Shown: positions 53,094 through 60,226 of the stretch, one piece after another
Layout of the letters: every line of letters starts with the position of its first letter
Position numbering within the stretch: position 1 is the stretch's first letter
NCBI GenBank assembly: GCA_017507585.1
Contig: JAFWAN010000003.1
Location: 1-60,226, forward strand
Source of the DNA: Clostridia bacterium
GTDB lineage: Bacteria; Bacillota; Clostridia; Christensenellales; Borkfalkiaceae
Direction: 5' to 3'
DNA: 60,226 bases
Notes under the pieces: model-generated
Databases searched by the model: none
Told to the model about the DNA's origin: nothing
The model's input: the letters and a program-made list of their open reading frames with translations, nothing else
Made by a program: the position numbers and the translations under genes

Positions 53094-55345
53094 TGACGAC
53101 GTTTCCTAAAAATTTCATTGCGGCAACCGAGGCCTTTACTACGCAGACGGCGCACGTCAACGCGCCGTATTTCCGAAAAAAATTTGCGTTTACCTCAGGT
53201 AAAAAAGCAACGATCCGCATTTGCGGGTTGGGCTTTTACGAGTTATACATCAATGGCAGCAACGTGACCAAGGGGCGTTTGGCGCCCTATATCAGCAACC
53301 CCGATCAGGCGTTGTATTACGACGATTACGACGTGACGAAATATTTGGTTGACGGTGAGAATACGATCGGCGTATGGCTTGGCAACGGTATGCAAAACAG
53401 CCCCTACGGCGACGTGTGGGATTTTGATAAAGCAAGTTATAGAAGCGCGCCGAAATTTGCTATGGCGTTCTACGAAGACGGACGGTTGTTTTTTGAAAGC
53501 GATACGTCGTTTTTGTGGAAGCCTTCGCCCATTACCTTTGACGATTTAAGGGCGGGGGAGCATTATGATGCGCGTTTGGAAATCGAGGGGTGGAATTTGT
53601 CATCCTTAGACGATGCGGATTGGGAAAAGGCAATCCCTGCCGTGACCCCGAAGGGGGAAGCAAAATTGGTGGAAGCGGAGCCGATTTTGGTACACGACGT
53701 TTTGAAACCGATTGCGGTAACAAAGACCCCCAAGGGATTGTATTTGTACGATTTTGGGGTCAACTTCACGGGGGTTTGTCGATTGAAAATCCGTGGGGAA
53801 CGTGGTCAGCAAATTCGTTTGAAACACGGGGAAATTGTTATCAACGGCGATTTGGATATGCGCAACGTAAGTTTTGAGAGGTTTTCCGACCGCGAAGCGT
53901 ACACACAATGCGATTGGTACACGTTAAAAGGAGAAGGAGAGGAAACGTATACGCCTCGATTCACCTATCACGGCTTTCAGTACGTATCTGTCGAGGGGGT
54001 AACGGACGAGCAAGCGACCTTGGATTTGTTGACCTTTGAGGTAATGCACGCCGCGGTGAAAAAACGTGCGGATTTCGTATGCTCGGACGAGGTTGCCAAC
54101 ATTATTCAAGAAAGCACGCAACGTTCGGATTTGTCTAACTTTTTTTACGTTCCAACCGATTGTCCGCACCGTGAAAAGAACGGTTGGACGGGAGACGTTG
54201 CGCTCTCTGCAGAACAAATGCTGTTGAATTTTTCCGTGGAAAAAACTTTAGAGGATTGGCTGTTCAGCATCCGTAAAGTACAAAACGAGCGCGGTGCAAT
54301 CCCCGGGATTGTTCCTACGGGCGGTTGGGGCTTTGCTTGGGGCGCAGGACCCAATTGGGATGACGCTCTGTTCGAGTGCGTCTATCAGATTTACCGTTAT
54401 TCAGGAAATAGCAAGGTAATCGTCGATAACGTGGACGCAATGGAAAAATACCTTTGGTATATGTCGACGAAAACGAATGAGGACGGACTGTTTTGCTACG
54501 GTTTAGGGGATTGGTGCCAACCAAAGACTCATTTCCAATTTACAACCCCCGAAGAATTGACCGACTCTGTAAAATGTATCGATATTTGCGACAAGACGGC
54601 GAAAATGGCACGGCTCATCGAACGTGAGGATTTGGCGGTTTTGGCGGAAACGATGGCTAAAAAAATACGCTGCGCATTCAAGAAAAAATACATAAAAGAC
54701 GGTCGGGTAACGGTTGCAGAGCAAACGGCGGTTGCTTACGTATTATATTATCACGTTGCGGACGAGGTGCGCGAAGCGTTAGGGCGGCAGCTGTTGGCTT
54801 TGGTGAAAAAAGACGGAGTGTTTACGACGGGCGTTTTGGGCGCAAGGGTATTGTTCAGGGTGCTTTCGGATCTGGACGAGGCGGATTTGGCGTACAGGTT
54901 AATCGTGCAACCGACTTTTCCTTCTTACGGATACCACGTTTTGCGCGGGGCAAGAACGTTGGCGGAAAGTTTCTTTGAAATGGACGGGAACGTTTGGCAG
55001 AAGGACGGAGAAAAATACGATTCGCTCAATCATCATTTCTGGGGGGACGTCAGCGCGTGGTTTATCTCCTACGTGGCGGGGCTTAAGGTAAATCCCACCT
55101 TTGATCAATTCGATTTTGTGGAAATTGCGCCGCAATTTATCTCCGCCTTGACCTTTGCGGAGGCTCGATATCATCATAAAAAAGGGGAGATTGTTTGCCG
55201 TTGGGAAAGGCAAGGGAACGAGGTATCGCTCTACGTGCGCTTGCCGAAAGGGATCCACGCAAAATTGTCTTTGCCGAACGGGTACCGTACGGAAGAAGGG
55301 TTGCTTTGCGCAGGCGAACAGACGCTCCGAATTTATAATGTATAA
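53093..55345 (+). CDS. GH78 alpha-L-rhamnosidase (full-length)
   Basis: YVPTDCPHREKNGWTGD catalytic-domain signature, an N-terminal rhamnosidase-N-like region and a C-terminal beta-sandwich. The ATG overlaps the GH3 TAA by 1 nt. GGAGG lies 7 nt upstream. Confidence 0.85.
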   Translation: MTTFPKNFIAATEAFTTQTAHVNAPYFRKKFAFTSGKKATIRICGLGFYELYINGSNVTKGRLAPYISNPDQALYYDDYDVTKYLVDGENTIGVWLGNGMQNSPYGDVWDFDKASYRSAPKFAMAFYEDGRLFFESDTSFLWKPSPITFDDLRAGEHYDARLEIEGWNLSSLDDADWEKAIPAVTPKGEAKLVEAEPILVHDVLKPIAVTKTPKGLYLYDFGVNFTGVCRLKIRGERGQQIRLKHGEIVINGDLDMRNVSFERFSDREAYTQCDWYTLKGEGEETYTPRFTYHGFQYVSVEGVTDEQATLDLLTFEVMHAAVKKRADFVCSDEVANIIQESTQRSDLSNFFYVPTDCPHREKNGWTGDVALSAEQMLLNFSVEKTLEDWLFSIRKVQNERGAIPGIVPTGGWGFAWGAGPNWDDALFECVYQIYRYSGNSKVIVDNVDAMEKYLWYMSTKTNEDGLFCYGLGDWCQPKTHFQFTTPEELTDSVKCIDICDKTAKMARLIEREDLAVLAETMAKKIRCAFKKKYIKDGRVTVAEQTAVAYVLYYHVADEVREALGRQLLALVKKDGVFTTGVLGARVLFRVLSDLDEADLAYRLIVQPTFPSYGYHVLRGARTLAESFFEMDGNVWQKDGEKYDSLNHHFWGDVSAWFISYVAGLKVNPTFDQFDFVEIAPQFISALTFAEARYHHKKGEIVCRWERQGNEVSLYVRLPKGIHAKLSLPNGYRTEEGLLCAGEQTLRIYNV

Positions 55346-55348
55346 ATA

Positions 55349-55384
55349 AAAAGCCTGAAAAATTTGATGTTTCGGGCTTTTTTG
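55349..55384 (+). terminator. Rho-independent terminator
   Basis: AAAGCCTGAAA-loop-TTTCGGGCTTT followed by TTTT. Confidence 0.65.
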
Positions 55385-55406
55385 CTGTAAAAACGCCACC
55401 GTTTGG

Positions 55407-55436
55407 TTGACAGTGAAAAGTAGAATATGTTATAAT
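55407..55436 (+). promoter_or_regulatory. SigA-type promoter (TTGACA-18 nt-TATAAT)
   Basis: -35 at 55407-55412 and -10 at 55431-55436. Confidence 0.6.
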
Positions 55437-55503
55437 TCATATAATCACAAAAATCGATTAAATAATACTGTTAAATCATAAAAATCAATGAGAGGTGTGA
55501 GGA

Positions 55504-57045
55504 ATGTGGATTGATTATGTGATCTTGGCATTGTATGCGTTGGGGATGGTTGGCATCGCCTTTTATACCCGCCACCGCTCCAATTCTGTCAACGATTTCC
55601 TATTGGCGGGGAAAAAGGGCTTAAACGGTTGGATGAGCGCGTTTGCCTACGGTACGACCTATTTTTCAGCGGTTATCTTTATCGGTTACGCGGGGAAATT
55701 TGGAAGGCAGTACGGATTGGCGTCTATTTGGATTGGGATTGGCAATGCGATACTCGGTTCGTTGATTGCGTGGCTAGTGCTTGCGAAGCGCACCAAAAAT
55801 ATGACCAGACGTCTGTCGGCAAAAACGATGCCCGACTTTTTCCAAAAACGTTACGGCAGTCAGCGTTTGAAGGTGGTGTCTGCGGTAATCATCTTTTTGT
55901 TCTTGATCCCGTATTCGGCATCCGTTTACAACGGACTTAGTTCTTTGTTCGGTATCGTCTTTAATATTCCCGGTTGGGTGATTATGCTTGCGTTGGCGGC
56001 ATTGACGGCGCTGTATTTGTTCTTTGGCGGTTATTTCGCTACCGCTTTGTCCGATTTTATTCAAGGGATTATTATGTTGATCGGCGTGGCGGCGATGGTG
56101 ATTTGTTTTATGAATCACGGCAATATCAATTGGGATTTGAGCAGGCTCACAAGCAGTGACGAATTGGGTTGGTTCACTTTTTCCAGCAGTCATAAAGGCT
56201 TGTACGGCAATACCATGTCCTTGATCTCGCTGATTTTATTGACGTCTATGGGCGTTTGGGCGTTGCCGCAAACGGTACATAAATATTACGCGGTGCGCGA
56301 TAATAAGGCCATTATGCAAGGGACGCTTGTCAGCACAGCGTTTGCCTTGATCATCGGGTTCGGCGCATACTTCACGGGCGCGCTTTCTGCATACTTTCCG
56401 CAGCTTGCTGGGGTTGGCGCGGACAATATTGTTCCGCATATGATGAAGTTGGTTATTCCTACGGGGCTGATCGGTTTGATTGCAGTATTGATCCTTTCCG
56501 CCAGTATGTCAACTCTTTCGTCTGTGTCCTTGGCGTCGGCATCCGTTATTGCAGTGGACCTTTACAAAGGTACGCTCAACCCGAATGCGTCGGATAAAAA
56601 GGTAAATTGGACGATGAAAATTCTTTGTCTGATTTTCATCGCGATTTCGGTGGGGCTTGCTGTATTAAACGAGCAGTTAAAGGTTTCGGCGATTGCTTAT
56701 TTGATGGGGCTGAGCTGGGGTGTTTTGGCAGGTTGTTTTATGGGCCCGTTCGTGCTTGGCTTATTGTGGAAAAAGGTCAGCCGTCCTGCGGTTTGGACAT
56801 CCATCGTCGGTTCGCTTGTCTTGACGGCGGTATTGTTGGTGGTGTTTGGGTACGACCAAAACGCTTGGGCTTGCAGTTTCAGCGTCGCCTTGAAGAGCGG
56901 TATGAACTGTTCGCCGATGATCGGTGTAATTTGTATGATTTATTCTGTCATCGTCACGGTGGCGGTCAGCTTATTTACAAAAGCGCCTGACGAAGAAACG
57001 GTAAATAGGGCGTTTGAAAACAAGGAAGAGGTACAGTCGGTATGA
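55504..57045 (+). CDS. Sodium:solute symporter (SSS) family transporter
   Basis: ~13 hydrophobic segments. The N-terminal pattern ...FYTRHRSNSVNDFLLAGKKGLNGWMSAFAYGTTYFSAV... is typical of SSS (PutP/PanF-like) carriers. Confidence 0.8.
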   Translation: MWIDYVILALYALGMVGIAFYTRHRSNSVNDFLLAGKKGLNGWMSAFAYGTTYFSAVIFIGYAGKFGRQYGLASIWIGIGNAILGSLIAWLVLAKRTKNMTRRLSAKTMPDFFQKRYGSQRLKVVSAVIIFLFLIPYSASVYNGLSSLFGIVFNIPGWVIMLALAALTALYLFFGGYFATALSDFIQGIIMLIGVAAMVICFMNHGNINWDLSRLTSSDELGWFTFSSSHKGLYGNTMSLISLILLTSMGVWALPQTVHKYYAVRDNKAIMQGTLVSTAFALIIGFGAYFTGALSAYFPQLAGVGADNIVPHMMKLVIPTGLIGLIAVLILSASMSTLSSVSLASASVIAVDLYKGTLNPNASDKKVNWTMKILCLIFIAISVGLAVLNEQLKVSAIAYLMGLSWGVLAGCFMGPFVLGLLWKKVSRPAVWTSIVGSLVLTAVLLVVFGYDQNAWACSFSVALKSGMNCSPMIGVICMIYSVIVTVAVSLFTKAPDEETVNRAFENKEEVQSV

Positions 57046-58343
57046 TTTGGTCAAAAGAGGAAACTTTATCCCGTGCGGAGATGGAGGCGTTGCAGTTATC
57101 CCGCTTGCAGGAAACGGTGGCAAGAGTCTATGAAAAAGTGCCCTATTATCGGGCGAAAATGGATGAAAAAGGTGTAAAGCCGCAGGATATAAAGACGCTT
57201 GCGGATTTGGCAAAATTGCCGTTCACCACCAAACAGGATATGCGCGATACCTATCCGTTTGGCTTGTTTGCCGTTCCTAAGGACCAGTTGGTGCGTATCC
57301 ACGCCAGCTCCGGTACGACGGGAAAACCCACGGTGGTAGGATATACCCGCGGGGATTTGGATACGTGGACGGACTGTGTTTCCCGTATCGCTTGTATGGG
57401 GGGAGCAACCTCGAAGGACGTGGCGCAGATTTGTTTTGGTTACGGTATGTTCACGGGGGCGTTGGGTTTGCATTACGGTTTGGAAAACATCGGCGCGGCG
57501 ATCGTGCCTTCGTCGACGGGAAATTCGGAAAAGCAATTGATGTATATGAAGGATTTTAATACCTCTTTGCTTGTGGCGACCCCTTCGTATGCACTCCGTC
57601 TTGCAGAGGTTGCGCGTGAAACGGGCATAGATCCTAAGACCGATTTAGGGGTAAAAATCGCCTTGGTCGGCAGCGAGCTTTTGACGGATGCAATGCGCGA
57701 AGAAATGCACAATGCCTGGGGCAGGGACGTGTTGATTACCTCTAACTATGGTATGAGTGAACTGATGGGACCCGGCGTTTCGGGAGAATGCCTTGAACAT
57801 TGCGGTATGCATATCAACGAGGATTACTTCCTTCCCGAAATCATTGACAGCGTAACGGGCGAGGTGTTGCCCGCGGGTGAAAAAGGGGAATTGGTTATTA
57901 CTTGTATCAAGAAAGAGGGGTTGCCCTTGATCCGCTACCGCACGAAGGACGTTACGCGTCTTTTCTACGAGCCGTGCGCTTGCGGAAGAACGACCTGCCG
58001 TATGGAAAATCTGTCGGGTAGAAGCGACGATATGTTGAAGATCCGCGGGGTCAACGTATTCCCCGGTCAAATTGAAGAGGTTGTCTTGTCCGTACCCGAG
58101 CTTGGCCCTCATTACGAAATCATCGTAGAGAGAGAGGGATATACGGATAAATTGACGGTACGTGTGGAATTGGTCAAAGCAACCGACTCGTTTGCGGAAT
58201 TGCAACGCATCGAGCAAACGACACGGAATAAATTGAAGGTGGTACTCGGCTTGGATGCGAAAATTCGCTTAGAATCTCCCAACACCTTGCAACGTTTTGA
58301 GGGGAAAGCGAAGCGTATCAAGGATTTGCGCAATCAGAAATAA
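57042..58343 (+). CDS. paaK: Phenylacetate-CoA ligase family (aryl-acetate:CoA ligase)
   Basis: MIWSKEETLSR...LQETVARVYEKVPYYR, the AMP-binding motif SSGTTGKPT, and YRTKD. ATGA overlap with the transporter stop. Confidence 0.85.
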   Translation: MIWSKEETLSRAEMEALQLSRLQETVARVYEKVPYYRAKMDEKGVKPQDIKTLADLAKLPFTTKQDMRDTYPFGLFAVPKDQLVRIHASSGTTGKPTVVGYTRGDLDTWTDCVSRIACMGGATSKDVAQICFGYGMFTGALGLHYGLENIGAAIVPSSTGNSEKQLMYMKDFNTSLLVATPSYALRLAEVARETGIDPKTDLGVKIALVGSELLTDAMREEMHNAWGRDVLITSNYGMSELMGPGVSGECLEHCGMHINEDYFLPEIIDSVTGEVLPAGEKGELVITCIKKEGLPLIRYRTKDVTRLFYEPCACGRTTCRMENLSGRSDDMLKIRGVNVFPGQIEEVVLSVPELGPHYEIIVEREGYTDKLTVRVELVKATDSFAELQRIEQTTRNKLKVVLGLDAKIRLESPNTLQRFEGKAKRIKDLRNQK

Positions 58344-58353
58344 GGAGAAAATT

Positions 58354-58764
58354 ATGGCTTCGAAACAAATATCGGTATTTATTGAAAACAGAAAAGGTCG
58401 CTTGGGCGAAGTGTTGGACGTTTTAAAGGAAAACGCGGTAAACATTTTGTCTTTAAGCATTGCAGACACCTCCGAATACGGTTTGCTCCGCATTATTTCC
58501 GACGCTCCTCAAAAAGGGCAGGAAGCCTTATCTAAGGCAGGGTTTTCCGCAATGTTGACGGACGTGGTCATTTTACAGGTGCCCCATACGCCGGGCGCGT
58601 TACAAAACATTTTGCGGGTCATTTCCGATGAGGAACTTGGTATCGAGTATATGTACGGCTTGTCGGTGGCGGGGGAAGAAGCTTCCATCGTCGTCAAACC
58701 CTCCGATTTGGAAAAGGCAAACGCTGTGTTTGAAAAACATCAGGTCGATACGATTGATTTATAA
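58354..58764 (+). CDS. ACT-domain protein (small-molecule-binding regulatory subunit usually paired with PaaK)
   Basis: QISVFIENRKGRLGEVLDVLKENAVNILSLSIADT is a beta-alpha-beta ACT signature, and a second half-domain follows. AAGGAG RBS. Confidence 0.75.
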   Translation: MASKQISVFIENRKGRLGEVLDVLKENAVNILSLSIADTSEYGLLRIISDAPQKGQEALSKAGFSAMLTDVVILQVPHTPGALQNILRVISDEELGIEYMYGLSVAGEEASIVVKPSDLEKANAVFEKHQVDTIDL

Positions 58765-58773
58765 ACGACGTAA

Positions 58774-58806
58774 AAAAACTTGCTCGAAACGGGCAAGTTT
58801 TTTTGT
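58774..58806 (+). terminator. Rho-independent terminator after the ACT gene
   Basis: AAACTTGCTCG-AAA-CGGGCAAGTTT followed by TTTTTG. Confidence 0.7.
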
Positions 58807-58825
58807 TTCTGCACATACTGTCGAT

Positions 58826-60013
58826 ATGTGGGAAATGCAAGGTTTACAGACGGAATTGGTGGAGATCCGCCGTTATTTACACAAGCACGCGGAGGTGGGC
58901 TTTGATTTGGAATCGACCGCCGTGTATATTGAAAAAAAGCTGATTGAATACGGCTATGCCCCCGTTCGACTGGGCGGCGCAATCGTGGCAACGGTTGGGA
59001 AGAAAGGAAAAACGTTTTTACTTCGTGCGGATATGGACGCATTGCCGATTGAAGAACGGACGGAGCTTTCTTACGCTTGTACAAATGGCAATATGCACGC
59101 GTGTGGACACGATATGCACGCGGCGATGCTATTGGGCGCCGCAAAGCTTTTAAAGGCGCGGGAAAAGGAGTTAAACGGCAGGGTAAAGCTCTTATTTCAG
59201 CCGGCAGAAGAATGCTTGGAAGGGGCAAAAGACGCGATTGAGAAAGGGGTTTTGGAAAAGCCAAAGCCGCAGGCGGCGATGATGATCCACGTGATGACGG
59301 GTGTGCCGTTTCCCGCAGGTACGGCGGTGGTGGCAAAAGGCGTCAGCGCGCCTGCTGCTGATTTTTTCTCGATTTCCGTACAAGGCAAAGGCTGTCACGG
59401 CGCTGCGCCGTGGAACGGAGTGGACGCCTTATCGGTTGCTGCGCGGATATTGCTTGGGTTGGAGGAGATTTCCGCACGAGAGGTTTCCACGGTAAAATCC
59501 GTCGTTTTGACGGTGGGAAAATTGGAAACGGAGGGCGCAGACAACGTGATTGCCGATCGCGCGGTTTTAAAGGGCACTTTGCGCTCTTTTGACGAAGAAA
59601 CGAGAAAACGAGTAAAAGAGCGCGTGGAAAATATTGCGCGTCATATTGCGACTGCTTTTCAGGCAAAGGCGCAGGTTTCCTATCACGGCGGTTGTCCGAC
59701 GCTTGTCAATGATGACGCCTTATCTCAGCATACCGAAGAGGTGTTGAGAGAGTATTTTGGAAAAACGCGAGTATATAATTCTGAAAGCTTAGGCCGGGAC
59801 GTGCGCGCGGGACAGGGCGGTTCGGAGGATTTTGCGTACTTTACCCATAAAATTCCTTGCGTTATGATGGCGGTTTCTGCGGGAGAAAGGGAGAAAGGAT
59901 ACGTGTATCCGTTGCATCACCCTAAGGTGGCCTTTGATGAGAAAGTCTTATCCATAGGCGCTACCATGTACGCGATGAATGCATATCAGTGGTTAAAAAA
60001 AGACGGCGGTTAA
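58826..60013 (+). CDS. M20D-family amidohydrolase (N-acyl-amino-acid / hippurate-hydrolase-like)
   Basis: LLRADMDALPIEE, ACGHDMHAAMLLGAAKLL, LLFQPAEE and GSEDFAYF motifs. The start is uncertain (ATG at 58826 or 58835, weak RBS). I reject the ORF-track start at 58628 because it spans the upstream terminator. Confidence 0.8.
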   Translation: MWEMQGLQTELVEIRRYLHKHAEVGFDLESTAVYIEKKLIEYGYAPVRLGGAIVATVGKKGKTFLLRADMDALPIEERTELSYACTNGNMHACGHDMHAAMLLGAAKLLKAREKELNGRVKLLFQPAEECLEGAKDAIEKGVLEKPKPQAAMMIHVMTGVPFPAGTAVVAKGVSAPAADFFSISVQGKGCHGAAPWNGVDALSVAARILLGLEEISAREVSTVKSVVLTVGKLETEGADNVIADRAVLKGTLRSFDEETRKRVKERVENIARHIATAFQAKAQVSYHGGCPTLVNDDALSQHTEEVLREYFGKTRVYNSESLGRDVRAGQGGSEDFAYFTHKIPCVMMAVSAGEREKGYVYPLHHPKVAFDEKVLSIGATMYAMNAYQWLKKDGG

Positions 60014-60026
60014 GCCGTCTTTTTAA
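59995..60026. terminator. Terminator hairpin shared by convergent genes
   Basis: AAAAAAAGACGGC-GGTTAA-GCCGTCTTTTT. The TAA of the amidohydrolase lies in the loop. Confidence 0.65.
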
Positions 60027-60030
60027 GTGT

Positions 60031-60226
60031 TTAATCAAACTGTTTAATTGCCTTTACAACTTGTTCTGCATACGATTTTGCGCCCTCTTCGGTGGGGTGT
60101 ATTTTGTCCTCGCAAAGGTACGTGTATAGATCGGTCATCGCCAAAGCGTGCAGGTCGTTGATAACGATCCCCATTTCCTGTAATTTGGGTACGATGATTT
60201 CGTTGAGGTGTTTAATTTTTTCGTTA
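60031..60226 (-). CDS. SGNH/GDSL-type hydrolase, C-terminal fragment (gene continues beyond window)
   Basis: My hand translation of the minus strand gives ...LNEIIVPKLQEMGIVINDLHALAMTDLYTYLCEDKIHPTEEGAKSYAEQVVKAIKQFD*. The D-x-x-H block (DKIHPTEEG) is the typical C-terminal catalytic motif of GDSL/SGNH hydrolases. This ORF is absent from the ORF track because there is no start codon in the window. Confidence 0.55.
   Translation of the reverse strand, partial: NEKIKHLNEIIVPKLQEMGIVINDLHALAMTDLYTYLCEDKIHPTEEGAKSYAEQVVKAIKQFD

Noticed and set aside
1-60226. Search for mobile elements, prophage, defence islands, CRISPR, tRNA or rRNA across the window
   Set aside because: I saw no integrase, transposase or recombinase motifs, no terminal inverted or direct repeats flanking a block, no tRNA-like cloverleaf in the short intergenic regions and no spacer-repeat arrays. 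Gene content and signals look uniformly chromosomal.

Overview
This 60.2-kb chromosomal window reads like an anaerobic Gram-positive (Clostridia-type) genome. That placement is inferred from AGGAGG-type ribosome-binding sites, many near-consensus TTGACA-17-TATAAT promoters, hairpin plus T-tract terminators, a long Bacillus-type SRP RNA, ecfA-ecfT-truA synteny, NfnAB, YfhO and PaaK/ACT. I saw no rRNA, tRNA, CRISPR array, transposase, integrase or recognisable defence gene. Layout: (i) nt 2-8843 (+) holds two paralogous giant surface proteins built from alternating CBM-like modules and InlB-type B-repeats, with a 36-aa small ORF between them. (ii) nt 8894-17732 (+) is a glycan-processing cluster of signal-peptide-less enzymes: an esterase, two GH78-like paralogs, a TIM-barrel isomerase, GH20, a nucleoside-hydrolase-like protein and ribokinase. 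(iii) nt 17893-31762 (-) is a tightly coupled operon of membrane protein, MoxR AAA+, DUF58, BatA-like vWA and double-vWA genes that runs directly into three unusual lipoprotein genes (His/Cys repeats, a Cys-rich module, repeated beta-sandwich-like modules). This is my best candidate for an undescribed system. (iv) nt 31907-60226 is mostly housekeeping: acyltransferase, ROK kinase, SIS isomerase, a TrxR-like flavoprotein lacking NADPH motifs, DinB, SRP RNA, Mrp, a ComEC-type MBL hydrolase, fused EcfA1-A2, EcfT interrupted by an in-frame TAG, TruA, a cation/H+ antiporter, NfnAB, YfhO, GH3, GH78, SSS transporter-PaaK-ACT, an M20 amidohydrolase and a partial GDSL hydrolase. All family calls come from motifs recognised by eye. 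No database search, structure prediction or covariance model was run.
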